A stretch of 64,000 bases of DNA from an uncultured Planctomycetota bacterium (GCA_963823665.1 CAWGMQ010000008.1:1248001-1312000); one strand, 5' to 3'; positions 41,170 through 52,379 are shown, numbered from the stretch's first letter. Notes: a model not told the origin generated them from the letters alone. Program-made: numbers and translations.

Positions 41170-42032
41170 GCGGAGAAGGAGTTTTCAAGGAAATAAAGGT
41201 GCAAATTGGCCAGTCCCGGCCCGACCAATCCAACGCGACAATCCTCGACTGGATCGTCCGGCTCGGATTGGCCCGCGCCGTAGAGACTGACGGTGAGCTG
41301 TTCTATCTCTTGGAGATCGGCGCCAGTTCCGAATCAGAGATTGAGCCAGCCGAACTATTGATGGCATATCGCCCTGATGGTGTGATCTGCTACCTCAGTG
41401 CAATCAGCTTACATTCACTGACCACGCAGATGCCAAGCCATCACCATATCGCGGTTGTCAGAAACCCCGTTCCATCGCCCCAAGAACGAAACCGCGGTTC
41501 TTCCCTTTCCGCAACGAATCAACTGCATCTTCAGCCGCCCAGGGTTCCCGCGGCGGTGAGAGCCAAGCGGAGCGTATTCGGTAGAAAGATATTCTCCTAC
41601 TCCGGAACTCCATACTACCAAACAGAACGAACGCCACGGTTGATGCCGGGCGTGCAACGCAGAGTTAACGGCCCCCGCGGACAACTTCGGATAACCACTC
41701 TCGAACAGACGCTACTCGACACGTTTCATAAGCCACAAAACTGCGGTGGTCCGGCGGTTGTATTAGAAGCCTGGCAATCGGCCTTCGATTCAAAGCGGAT
41801 TGATGAAAATCGCTTGCTATCGCACCTCAAAAAAATGGAATACAAATCAACCACTCGCAGACTAGGGGCACTTCTCCATCAATTTCAATACGAGCCCGGC
41901 GAAGAACTTCACCACTATCTCACAAAAATCAAAGCAACCGTGGACAGAACAAGTAGTCACTCGGAAATCTCGCTGCTCCCAGGGTTCCAGTACTCACGTC
42001 TCGACGAAGACTGGCTCGTCCACTTGCCATGA
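41170..42032 (+). CDS. AbiEi-like (type IV TA) antitoxin/transcriptional regulator, probably 5'-truncated
   Basis: ICYLSAISLHSLTTQMP, LRITTLEQTLLD..KPQNCGG, TRRLGALL; lower GC. Confidence 0.7.
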
Positions 42033-42219
42033 ACCCTTTTGAACATTCACTGCCGCCCGCATGCCCGAAGGACGTGTGAGCAGAACCTTTGCCGACTGCC
42101 CCTTTACCGGCGACAGATCATGGGATCGAGGTGCGGCGCGGGTGGTCGCCGCAGGTACCGTTCTCCTGTCGAAGGTGGCCCGGGCTGTGCTCGCGCCGAG
42201 CGGTACGCGACAGCGTACC

Positions 42220-42587
42220 CTACAAATCTGGGATGATTAAGATCCGTGGGGGCCAGTGAGCTTCGTCCTCGTCGGTCCACTGCTCGCCCCGGAGGGCTCG
42301 GGCGATTCCCAGGTACTCGCGTGCGCGCCGGCATTCTGCCAGGAATTCTCGAAATCCGTCCGCCGAAGAGAAATGGTTCCGGCCCGCGACAGACGGTTCC
42401 AGTGCGAGTATCAGGCGATGGTGCTCAACTTTCCTCTGGTGTGCGAGCCACGACAGTGCGGCGCCCAGGGCCACGGCGGTCACGGCGACCAAGATCATCA
42501 AAGCTCGCAGCGACGAGCACAAAACGCTGAGCCGTCGCCTGGAAAGCAGTCCTGTGAGCAGCGAACGCTGAAGCAGAGGTATGCGCA
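42220..42587 (-). CDS. Hypothetical membrane-anchored protein
   Basis: SSLRALMILVAVTAVALG N-terminal anchor; 3' end possibly frameshifted. Confidence 0.45.
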
Positions 42588-42626
42588 TTTGAATTTGCAA
42601 ACGAGTCGGGTGAGAAGGCATTCGGG

Positions 42627-42950
42627 TCAGTACATCGAGGAAACCGGTCGCTCAAACTCGACGTTGGCCAATGACTTCTTTCTCTCTTCGGGCGTAAACA
42701 GCAGCAGCAAGCTGATTTGAGATAAGACGTCTTCCGGGAGCTTCTCCAGGATCCTCCAAAGCTGGCTGTCTCTCTCGACGAGATCCGAACCTTTAAAATC
42801 GGGGTCGGTGATCCGAATTCGGATCGATACTGAGTTCAGTCTTTGAATATCGATCTCGGCCTCGGAGTGCGCTTTTTTGTGCTCGGAGAGAGCATCCCGG
42901 ATCGTTTTCACGGCACTATCGTTTTTCTTACTATCATTTTTGCGCACCAT
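42627..42950 (-). CDS. Small conserved hypothetical protein (BolA-like pattern)
   Basis: SIRIRITDPDFKG..LVERDSQLW.IL. Confidence 0.6.
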   Translation of the reverse strand: MVRKNDSKKNDSAVKTIRDALSEHKKAHSEAEIDIQRLNSVSIRIRITDPDFKGSDLVERDSQLWRILEKLPEDVLSQISLLLLFTPEERKKSLANVEFERPVSSMY

Positions 42951-42977
42951 GTCACATCCTCTCATCAGCCCGCGCGT

Positions 42978-43777
42978 TCAAACCAACCCCATCGCCGCGG
43001 CCTCATCAAGCAGCCAGGTCACTTTCGGACCAGCGGTGCGGAGCAAGGAGGCCGGGTTCTTGGCGCTCAGGGGGCCTCGCAGGGCCAGAGCCGTGATTTG
43101 CGCTTTGTGGGAGCCGGTGGACAGGACGACGATTGAGCGGGCAGCCAGGATCGGGGCCAGGCCCATGGTCAGGGCACGCGGGATGACGTGTTCCATGCCG
43201 CCGAGCTCTTTGGCGGCGTCGGCGCGGGTGATCGGGTGCAGATCGACCAGGCGGCTGGGAAGCTCGAGTGCTTGTTCGACGCTCAGGTCGCTTGGCTCGT
43301 TGAACCCGATGTGGCCGTTGCGGCCGATGCCCAGAAGCTGGACGTCCAGGCCGCCGTCGTGGTCGATCCAGCGGTCGAACTCGGTCGCGTGTGCGGACGC
43401 AAATTCCTCGGGCACCGTTCCGTCGAAGACGTGGGCGCAGTGCGGAGCAAGGTCGACGTGGCGAAACAAGTGCTCGTCCATGTAGAGCGCGATAGCTGCG
43501 CACGTCGAGGGGGCTCACGGGGTAGTATTCGTCCAGGTTGTACGTGGTGACGTCCTGGAATGAGAGTGCTCCATCGCGATAGCGCTTCACCAGTTCGGCG
43601 TAGACCAACTTGGGTGTTGAGCCGGTTGGTAAGCCCGAGTATGGCCCGGCCGCGCTCGCGAAGCGCGCGCTCGATGACCTCGGCCAACCAGGCAGCGGCT
43701 GCCAGGCACGCGGACTGAGCGTCGGGAAAGACCAGGACCTCGGCCGCCCTGGAGGATGAGAAGTCTGCGGAGGTCAT
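42978..43777 (-). CDS. nagB: Glucosamine-6-phosphate deaminase; two frameshifts (~43628, ~43487)
   Basis: ILGL/TGSTP, YNLDEYYP, LLGIGRNGHIGFNEP, ALTMGL, over three frames. Confidence 0.9.
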
Positions 43778-43866
43778 CGGCACGAGACTCCAGGACGATC
43801 GTCAAAGCGGGGCGACGACGGGCGTCTCGGCAGTCGGGGCGACTCCGATCTTGGCGGAGGCCGGGC

Positions 43867-44790
43867 TTACAAGTTCGCTGTCGCAGCCGGGTCGAGCTGG
43901 CCACCCAGAATACCGAGTGCGAGCTGGATGGGGTCAGCGGGGCACGCGGCGGCGGCTCGCGGGTCATAGGTGTCGATCTGGAAGAGCTCGACGCCGACGA
44001 AGCGTTCGTCGGTGCGGTGCGCCCGGCCCGCCAGGCTGTGGCCTTCGGCCCATTCGCGTACCAGGGCGGCGTATGCCCGGCCCAGGTGCGAGCAGTACTG
44101 GGTGTAGTCGGTCAGGAAGACCTGTGAGGCATGGCAGTGGATGGCCCATTCCTTGGTGCGCTCGGCCTCGCCGTCGAAGGTGAGATAGGCGTTGGGCTTG
44201 GGCAGAGGGCCCCAGGGGGTCCAGCCGGACAGAACGGCGCAGTCAGTCAGCCGGGCACCGACAAGGCCGATCGCGGCCAGAGCGCGGGTGACGCGGTGCG
44301 CGACGTGGGCATCATTGGGGGGAGGGACGATCACGGCCCCGGGGCGACGCGAGTCAAACCAATTCACCACTTTGTCGACGTCGGCGACGGTCGGCTGATA
44401 ACCGGGCATGCGGTAGCCCTCGAGGTTCCAGCAGACCGGCTCGGCGCCAAGGATGTTGCACTCGAGGCGGAACTCGGCTTCGCGCACCGTGGCCTTCTTT
44501 TGGCTGTCGAGCCACGACGCAGCCACGTTGCGCTCGCCCGCGAAGACCAGAACCTCCACGACAGGCAAGCCGCGCCTGACTGAATATTCGTGCACCAAGC
44601 AGGCCGCCGAGATCGCTCCATCGTCGGCGTGAGGGCAAAGGACCACGAGGGGACGGGACGGTCCAAGGTAGGACCGGAGGGACTCGCGAACGTCAACCAA
44701 GTGACCATGCGGGCCGCAGCCTTGAACGGTTTCGAGCAATCGGTCAAATGCCGGCAGCCAGCGCGACGACGAGGGTGTTGGGTTATCCAT
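43867..44790 (-). CDS. PIG-L/LmbE family deacetylase
   Basis: CPHADD, VREAEF, NDAHVAH, HCHASQ. Confidence 0.85.
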   Translation of the reverse strand: MDNPTPSSSRWLPAFDRLLETVQGCGPHGHLVDVRESLRSYLGPSRPLVVLCPHADDGAISAACLVHEYSVRRGLPVVEVLVFAGERNVAASWLDSQKKATVREAEFRLECNILGAEPVCWNLEGYRMPGYQPTVADVDKVVNWFDSRRPGAVIVPPPNDAHVAHRVTRALAAIGLVGARLTDCAVLSGWTPWGPLPKPNAYLTFDGEAERTKEWAIHCHASQVFLTDYTQYCSHLGRAYAALVREWAEGHSLAGRAHRTDERFVGVELFQIDTYDPRAAAACPADPIQLALGILGGQLDPAATANL

Positions 44791-44893
44791 GGGTGTGAGA
44801 AGTTCTGGCGGCTTGCTGCCGGCGCATAGGATGCACAAGAATGGCGAGACGCATCAACAGCCTATTGTGCGGTGCAAGATCGCGCGCGTCAAC

Positions 44894-45427
44894 TCACACG
44901 CCTTGTTCGTCAAACATTCGCCCGCGGAAACTGGCCCATTCGCTCCTTTTCTCGGGCTCGTCGGAGTGGCGTGCCAGGAAATCCACGATGTATTTATCCA
45001 TCATGTCGAAACGTTCGGAGATCGCTCGAAGCACCGCGAGCGCCAGCGATTCGGCCGCGCGAGGGTCGGCCGCGCGCAGGGCTTCATGCGCGGGATGATA
45101 CAGGGAAAGCAGCCAGACGTCGGAAGTCGCGCGAACGGAAACGCTTGGTGGCTGAGGCCGGAAGAATGACGTCGATCCAAAAGCGGCCGGGGCCGTGAGC
45201 AGCGTGATGACCTCACGGCGGCCGCTGCCGAGGATTCGCTCAACCGAGGCCGTGCCCTCGATCAGGAACGAAAGATGGTCGTTGGGTTGATCCTGGGCCA
45301 GCAGAATGGCTCCAGAGGGCGCACGGGCCTCAACGAGTGCGCCAAAGATCGCTAGCTTGATGTCGGGGTCGACCTCGCCGAGCCAGGGCGCGGCCATAAA
45401 TCGTTCGCTCGCTTGGGTATCGATCAT
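44894..45427 (-). CDS. Stand-alone cyclic-nucleotide-binding domain protein
   Basis: ILLAQDQPNDHLSFLIEGTASV...FGSTSFF..SVSVRA; no HTH. Confidence 0.8.
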   Translation of the reverse strand: MIDTQASERFMAAPWLGEVDPDIKLAIFGALVEARAPSGAILLAQDQPNDHLSFLIEGTASVERILGSGRREVITLLTAPAAFGSTSFFRPQPPSVSVRATSDVWLLSLYHPAHEALRAADPRAAESLALAVLRAISERFDMMDKYIVDFLARHSDEPEKRSEWASFRGRMFDEQGV

Positions 45428-45764
45428 CGAACAGCCTCAATGAAAGCCAGTCGAGGCTCTCCGCAGGAGCGATGGCGTCCTGCACGCGGTGCCTCACTGC
45501 GGGACCGCGATGGAGATTCGGGAGAGAGTGTTTCGCCTCGCCTGGATGTCCCTATTGTTCATATTGTGCCGGTCGCGGCAATTAGCAAGGTCATTGTGAA
45601 CGAACGAATTGTGGCGAAGCCGTGAAACCGCTGGCTCACGAATCTCCCGCGAGCCGCCGGCTTGCGAGCCGATGGATTCTTCATCGGGAGCCGGTCCGGA
45701 TCGATCGGGCTCCCAGAGGATGAGAACTAAAAGCACGGAAAGTGACGAGGCGGGAGGATACGCC

Positions 45765-47630
45765 ATGAGACGTCCACCGGACGTAGGTAAGGCCGCGCTC
45801 TGTATAGGCTTGATGCTGAGTATTTCCGGCTGCGCGGGATTTTCACAACATACGACCGGAAGCTCGCCGTGGACGACCGGCTCCGAGGGAGAAAACACCT
45901 CGCCGCCAGGGCTGTTCTCGTGGTGGCACCGAGGTGGAGTACAAAGCAGCACGCCACCAACTAATCCAGCAGGGATGCAGGAGACCGTCGGACGATCCCA
46001 GGGTCGTTCCGAAGCGGGCGAGACCGCGACGAGCCCCTGGCCGGAAACTCAATCGGAGTGGGCGGCCCGGACCTTCCCTCGATTCAACCGATTCTGGAAT
46101 GGCAGTCCGGAGGTAACTCGTCCGGCAAGCCCCGATACGGAGGGCGTGAACTGGACGAACCGGCTGCCGGAACAGTCAGTCGCTGACGAGAGCGCGGTTG
46201 CGGCCTCGGCGCCTCGCTCGGATGGCGCAATCCGGCCGACTGACGGTGCATCGCTTCCGGCGGCTGAGCGCGGTGCGGGGGGCGCGGGCTCGCGGCCTCG
46301 ATACCTTGACGAGCTGCCGTTGTCGCCGACACCGCCGCCAGTGAGGTCGCCGCGCGAGAGTGGTGCAGAGCCGGCCGGGCCCGAGGCATCGGCGCCGACG
46401 CAATTCCCGCTCTCTTCGACTGACTTCTCCGCATCGAGCGACGGCGCGCAACGCGTATCGTTCGAGCCCCAAAATGGATCCGCGGCGGTAAAACCGACCG
46501 CGGGAGCGGCGGGCTCGGGCTCGGCGGGAGATCAAGCGGCGTCCAGTCTGCCCCAGCTTAGTGACATTCTGCCTGCACCGGCGCTCGCGGGACCGCAGGA
46601 GTCTGCGACCACCGCCCTCGACAGCAGCCGGGTCACAAAGCCCGGAAGCGGCGTGCCGGCTGGAGGTGGACCCGCGGCGGTTGCCGAGCCGCCGGCAAGC
46701 CTGGATACACGCGTGGCCCAGGTTCCGCCCGCGCCACCACCGCCTACGCAGCGCACTCCGCAAGCACCGTCGCCCGCGGGTGACGCCAACGCGGCGGCAT
46801 CACCGCCCGCGCCGCCGGCTTCGCCCGCCGCGACGCCGGCCGGCACCGAGAAGGCTGCGGGAACAACGACGCCGACCTTGCCTGCGCCGGCGACTGCGGC
46901 GTCACAGGCCCCGACTGGCGGGTGGGGCCAGCGTAGCCTGGCCGCGAGCGGTCAATCGATCTACGCCTCACCGCCTCCGATGGCGCCTGCGCAACCGCGG
47001 CACCACTTCATGAGCTGGCTGTTCCACGACGATGATGACGCAACGGTGCTGGCCTCGGCGCAGGGTAGACTGGCCGCCGCCCCGAAGGCCTGTTCGTCTC
47101 CCCAGAATGTGCTTCCCACTGCACAAGGCAACGCGGCGTGTGACGCCGACTGCAAGGCACCGAAGAAACCGTGCTTCCTGAAGGTCTGGATCCACGACTG
47201 GAAGAACGGGCATGGCATCGGTGGGGACGACTGCGGCCACGGCGGCGTGTGCGCCAGCGGTCAAACCAATGCGGCCGCGTGCGATTCAGGAGCGACGGCG
47301 CCGAAGAAGCCCTGCTTCTTGAAAGTCTGGATTCACGACCTGAAGAATGGGCACGGCTCCGCCAACGATGACTGCACTGCCGGTGCGGTGTACCCCAGCG
47401 CCCAATCAAACGCGACGGCCTGCGAGACGCCGGCCAAAGCGCCGAAGAAGCCGTGTTTCCTGAAAGTTTGGATCCACGACCTGAAGAATGGGCACGGTTC
47501 CGGGTGCGGCGGTTGCCAGAACGGCGGCGGCTCGTGCTGCCAGAATGGTAAGTGCTGCGGCGGAGGAATGCCTGTCACCGGCTCGGCACAGGGCGGGATC
47601 GCTTCCGGGCAGACGGGCGCCGTGCGCTGA
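45765..47630 (+). CDS. Pro/Ala-rich lipoprotein with C-terminal Cys/His repeats
   Basis: GGAGG RBS; lipobox ISGC; low-complexity middle; three KKPCFLKVWIHDxKNGHG repeats. Confidence 0.75.
   Translation: MRRPPDVGKAALCIGLMLSISGCAGFSQHTTGSSPWTTGSEGENTSPPGLFSWWHRGGVQSSTPPTNPAGMQETVGRSQGRSEAGETATSPWPETQSEWAARTFPRFNRFWNGSPEVTRPASPDTEGVNWTNRLPEQSVADESAVAASAPRSDGAIRPTDGASLPAAERGAGGAGSRPRYLDELPLSPTPPPVRSPRESGAEPAGPEASAPTQFPLSSTDFSASSDGAQRVSFEPQNGSAAVKPTAGAAGSGSAGDQAASSLPQLSDILPAPALAGPQESATTALDSSRVTKPGSGVPAGGGPAAVAEPPASLDTRVAQVPPAPPPPTQRTPQAPSPAGDANAAASPPAPPASPAATPAGTEKAAGTTTPTLPAPATAASQAPTGGWGQRSLAASGQSIYASPPPMAPAQPRHHFMSWLFHDDDDATVLASAQGRLAAAPKACSSPQNVLPTAQGNAACDADCKAPKKPCFLKVWIHDWKNGHGIGGDDCGHGGVCASGQTNAAACDSGATAPKKPCFLKVWIHDLKNGHGSANDDCTAGAVYPSAQSNATACETPAKAPKKPCFLKVWIHDLKNGHGSGCGGCQNGGGSCCQNGKCCGGGMPVTGSAQGGIASGQTGAVR
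47160..47500 (+). repeat. Three intragenic tandem repeats, 141-nt period
   Basis: CCGAAGAARCCNTGYTTCYTGAARGTYTGGATYCACGAC at 47160, 47301 and 47442. Confidence 0.9.
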
Positions 47631-47637
47631 ACACCAC

Positions 47638-49133
47638 TCAGGACGACGAGCCGAAGCGAACGAGGTCACGCAGCGGGGGAAGCTCGCCACTTCCCCCGCT
47701 GCGTAATTGTTCCACGAAGCGGCGCAAGGCCAGCTCCAGATGCTCGGCCACATCGATGTGCTGCTCGATGACGTTGTTCTGGTCCCACCTGTCTTCGGGC
47801 TTGCGGTAGAGCTCGGAGCCACGTGGTTCTTCCGGGTCGATCTCGATCGGGAGAATCAGGTGCCAGAGGTGGGTGCGGATCGCGAACTCGGCGAGATCCA
47901 TCCCCAGGCAGGCGTATTCGCGCACCTTGCCGACCTCGCCTCGGATCAATGGCAGCAGGTCGTGGCCGTGGGGTGCGTCGTCGCCCTCGATCGGTTTCAA
48001 TCCGAGGGCCGATACGATGGTTGGGAGCAGATCGACGGTCTGGACGATGGCTTGATGGCGATTGCCGCCGGACCGGCCGCCAGGGAGCCGGACGATCAGG
48101 GGCGTGTGAATCAGCTCTTCATAGAGCCAGGGGCGGAATCGCCGCACAATGCCGTGCTCGCCGAGCGGCTCGCCCTGGTCGCTGGTGAAGATGACGTAGG
48201 TGTCATCCATCCTTCCGAGCTGGCCATCGCGCGGAACAGCTCCCCCAGACAGTGGTCGGCATAGGTGACGGCGCCGGCGTAGGTGCGCCGCAGCAGGAAT
48301 AGCTCGGCTTCCGAGAGAACGTCACCGACGGCGCCGGCGGGGACGTCGATCAAGGCGGCCACGTCTTCGACGTCGATCTCGTCGCCGGCTTGCTCGGCCG
48401 GATGTTCGACGAGCTCCCCTTCCTCGCCGGTCTCGAATTCATCCGGCTCGACCATGACATATTGCTCGCGGAATGGGTGGGGCGGGTCCCATGGGCCGTG
48501 CGGGCAGAAAACGTCGAGCCATAACACGAACGGCTCGGACCTGGCGCCCCGGCGCTCGAGCCATTGGATCGCTTTCTTGACGGTGCGCATGGCGCCCTGG
48601 TTTTCGTGACCGTCGGCGGAGAGCACCGAGCGGTTGCGGAGGTATTGTTCCCAGCGCGCCTGCCAGATCTGCCGATGGGGATCATCTTCGGGAGGGAGAC
48701 GAAGACCGGGCTCGTCTTCCAGCCTCACGTGCTTGGCCCGTGGATCACCTGGAAGGATGAGCGGGTCGTAACCGGAGCCGCGCACCCAGATGACCTCGTC
48801 AAAGCCCCGCCCGTAGCCGAGGCCCGCCTCGCGGAGCAGGGGGACATCGGAAATCAACGCGGTGTGGACACCCCGGTCCCAGAGAAAGTCGGGCAGAATC
48901 CGTTCGTCGGGGCGGAGGGGCGTCCAGCCTTGCTCTGCGTCTGCGAATCCAAAACGGCCGGTCCACCAGCTTCGGCGAGTGGGAAGCGTCGTCAGGTTTT
49001 CGGGGAAATGGTGGTCGAACACGATGCCTTCGGCGGCGAGCCGGTCGAGGTTGGGCGTCTCGATCCAGGCGTTGCCGTAGGTACCGATGAAGCCGAGGTG
49101 CAGGCTGTTGCAGACGACGACAACGACATTCAT
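47638..49133 (-). CDS. Sulfatase-like hydrolase with TLPTR in place of CxPxR; frameshift ~48215
   Basis: IETPNLDRLA, TTLPTRRSWWTG, PHGPWDPP, FTSDQGEPLGEHG, VDLLPT. Confidence 0.85.
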
Positions 49134-49485
49134 GAATCGACCCGGTATGGTGGAGTGAGTGCGCGACAACTTCTGTCGCTCGCCGGCAGTTATCCTACCG
49201 CTCGCCGGGGCCGGTGCCGACAGTGCTGCCGGTAAATCCACCTCGCCACCGGGCAAATTGCGTACGGTTGGGGCAAAAGCGCTATCGGGCGAGCCTCGAC
49301 ACGAGGACGCGGTGCTCGAGCCGAGCTTTCGCCGGGTGTTTGCTACAATAAATTCTTGCCGGCTTGCTAATTTGATGCCGAATTGATAATATCAAGAATG
49401 CAAATCCAAATCCTCTCTTTTTCAACTCTGACGATAATTATTGAAATATTTTGTGTATCTCGATGTTTTGATGGAGGAACGATCC

Positions 49486-49707
49486 GTGGCAAAAACTCTT
49501 GAGATCATCGCTGCAGCCGTCGCGGACAAAGCCCACAGTTTCCAGTTCATCCGGAAGGCGACCGGGCTCAGGCTGAGCGATGACGTGCTCACGGCGCTCG
49601 CCCGGAGCGACAAGACCAGATTCAAGCTCGTCAGGTTCCTCAAGCAGGATTCCGGTGGTGCGCGGATTCGCCCGGGGCTTCCGGGCGTGGCGCTGCGGAA
49701 GGATTAA
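49486..49707 (+). CDS. Small basic hypothetical protein (73 aa)
   Basis: GGAGG RBS then GTG at 49486, downstream of an AT-rich intergenic tract. Confidence 0.55.
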   Translation: MAKTLEIIAAAVADKAHSFQFIRKATGLRLSDDVLTALARSDKTRFKLVRFLKQDSGGARIRPGLPGVALRKD

Positions 49708-49779
49708 ACATCTGGCTCACGTTGCAGGCATGCTCGGGGCTGGCTTGTCCGTTTTCCCAGATCGACGAGGATTGTCGCG

Positions 49780-52379
49780 ATGAGGAGTTCCCGAAGTTGC
49801 ACGTTTCGCCGTCCCGAGATCGAGGCTCTGGAACCGCGCCTCGTGCTCGACGCCGCCTTTGCGTTTGCGACCGCGATCGGTGATTCCGGGGAGGGGGGGC
49901 TCAGCTACCCCGTCGCCGTGCCCACGGCCGTGGGCACTGACGCGGCAGGTAATGTTTACCTCGCCGGCAGTTTTCAGAGCGTCATCCAGTTTGGCGAGGA
50001 GCCAGGCGCGGGTGAGCCCAGTCTTGAAAGTACGGGCGACGTCACTGTTGACGACGTGTTCATCGCGAAGTACTCACCAGCCGGCACGCTTTTGTGGGAC
50101 CAGGCACTACAGCCCTCGAACCCATTTAACACCCCCCCGAATCTAACGCTCGGCGGGATGGCAGTCGACAGCGCCGGGGATGTCTACCTCACCGGCACCC
50201 TGACCGGCGACGAACTGGTGGGCTCCGGTCCGGGCCAGGTCACCTTGAGCTACGAGAACGGCGCGGCGTTTCTGGTCGGGCTTAACACCAACGGCAACGT
50301 AAGTTTTGCCGAAACCGTCGGAGGCCCGTCGGCCTACGGAAGCGCTGTGGCGATCGATGGCCAAGGCCATGTCCTGGTCGCCGGCGAGTTTAACACGGAC
50401 GACGCCAATTTCGCCCCTGGTCCCGGGACGGCGCTTCTCAGCTACTCGGGCGGCCTGACCGTCGACATGTTCGTCGCTTCGTACAACGCCGACGGATCTT
50501 ATCGCTGGGCAAAGGACATTGGCGGCGCTCCCACATCTACCGGCGCTCAGGGGGGCGACGTCGCGCCCAGCAGCATCGCGTCCGACGCGGCCGGCGACGT
50601 GATCGTTGCCGGGGCTTTTGGAAACACCGCCGATTTCGACCCGGGACCGGGAATCGCCGATCTCACGCCGGGCCCCAACGGCGGCATTTTCATCGTCAAG
50701 CTGGACTCGGCGGGAGACTACGTCTGGGCGAAGTCCAGGGACCGGGTATTGGCCGAAGATTATTCCTTGAACATAAGCGTCGGCGCCGACAGCAAGGGCG
50801 ACGCGTTTCTTGCCGTCGGGCCCGAGATCGGACCATCGTTCGGCGCCCCGGGTTTTGTCGAGGGGTTTGATTCGACCGGGAATCTTCAATGGACCCAGAC
50901 GGCCGCGAGCGGCGTGGAGGAAGTGCAATTGACGGTCGACAGCCAGAATGAGGTGTTCGTCGCCGGCACGGTCGGCGACATCACAGGCACGATGGGCAAC
51001 CTCTCGAGCATCTTCACCGGGTACCCGAACGTGCAGGTCGACGCGCCGCGTGATGGCGAGTACTTCGCGGCGCGGCTTGACATTCATGGGCAGCTTCAGG
51101 GCGTTCGAACGGCGAGCTATGTTCACGGAAACGATGAATACGACGCGACTACTGGGCGAGGCAACGTGCTCGGCATCGCTCCCGCGCCAGGCGGCGACCT
51201 GGCTATGACGGGCAACTACAACCTCGGAGCGAGCTTCGGCTCGACCATCCTGCCACCAGAAGACTTCACGGCCGGCGTGCTTGATACGACCGAGAACACA
51301 GGGTTCGTGACGGTAACAACGCCCATTCCGAGCACCCCGCAGGGCGTGACATTGGTGCTGGACCCCGCCAGCAACAACGGAACGGCCGCAAACCCGATCG
51401 AGATCGATTCGAGTACACCGACGTTCGATGTCACCGGGGTTGCGGCCACGGCGGTCGTGACGATTCTGGCCAACAACGACGACTCGACAGGCCCGCCTGC
51501 CTTCCAGGCGATGGGCTCGCGCGTCGGTCCCGGCCCACTGACACTTTCCGCGCCGACGTTGTCCTCGCCGGGCCTTGAATCCGGGTTACACTACTCGTTT
51601 TATCTTCTCAGTGACGACCCGGCCGCCGGAGTGAGTGTCGTGAGCAACACCGTCACCGCGCGGTCGATCTCACGGAGCCGCGAATTCTTTCCGGCCCCAT
51701 CGTCACGAACGCGGGCGGCCCGCCGCTGTCCTCGGGGAGCGTGGTCACCAATCCGGCGCTTTCCGTCTCTGGCTCGGCGAGTTATTCCGATTACGTTGAT
51801 CTGGTCGATGGGTCCGGCAAGGTGCTGGCTTCGGAATTCCTTCCTCCCGTAGACGATTCTTCGGTTGCTCGCTCGTTTCAGATCGCGGTCCCTTCGGGCC
51901 TCTCCGGCCTGACTTCGCTCTATGTCCGCGGGCGTGCGTTCGGCAGCGACGCCTCGCCGCTCGTCGGCCCGTTTGTGGTGACGATCCACGGCAGTTCCGT
52001 CGGAGGAGGATCGGGCGGAGGAGGATCGGGCGGAGGCGGCGGCGGGACGGTCGGGCCGACGGTCAAGTCGGTCGTCATCGCCTCAGCCAAGGGCAAGCCC
52101 AAGACGATCAACATCACGTTTATTGGCACGGTAGACGCCTCCGTGATCACCGATCTCTCGCTCTTCACGCTGATCTCGGCCGGTCGCGACCGCCGATTTG
52201 GCACCAAGGACGACAAGGTTCTCAAGCTCTCGAAGGCGTCGTACACCGCCTCGACGCACATCCTCAAGCTTCAACCCAAGCAGCCTCTCTCGATCGTTTA
52301 TCCCCTTGAGCTGGTCGTCACCGGACTGCTGTCAACCGGCACTTCGACCTATTTCCTCGGGCCCAAGGCCAAGCATTGA
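49780..52379 (+). CDS. Large secreted protein: LEPR-xLL motif, SBBP-like beta-propeller repeats, Ig-like domains; frameshift ~51660
   Basis: EALEPRLVL; repeated D.AGNVY.AG.F / DFDPGPG / FIVKLD..G..W units; C-terminal AGRDRRFGTKDD domain. Confidence 0.8.

Noticed and set aside
39175..41233. Long minus-strand ORFs (386, 427 and 265 aa)
   Set aside because: They overlap the dioxygenase and EF-hand genes on the opposite strand and have no motifs.
47160..47500. 141-nt repeats as a CRISPR or non-coding array
   Set aside because: In frame, with mostly synonymous variation; these are protein repeats.
49383..49395. FNR box
   Set aside because: The spacer is 3 nt (TTGAT-AAT-ATCAA), not the canonical 4.
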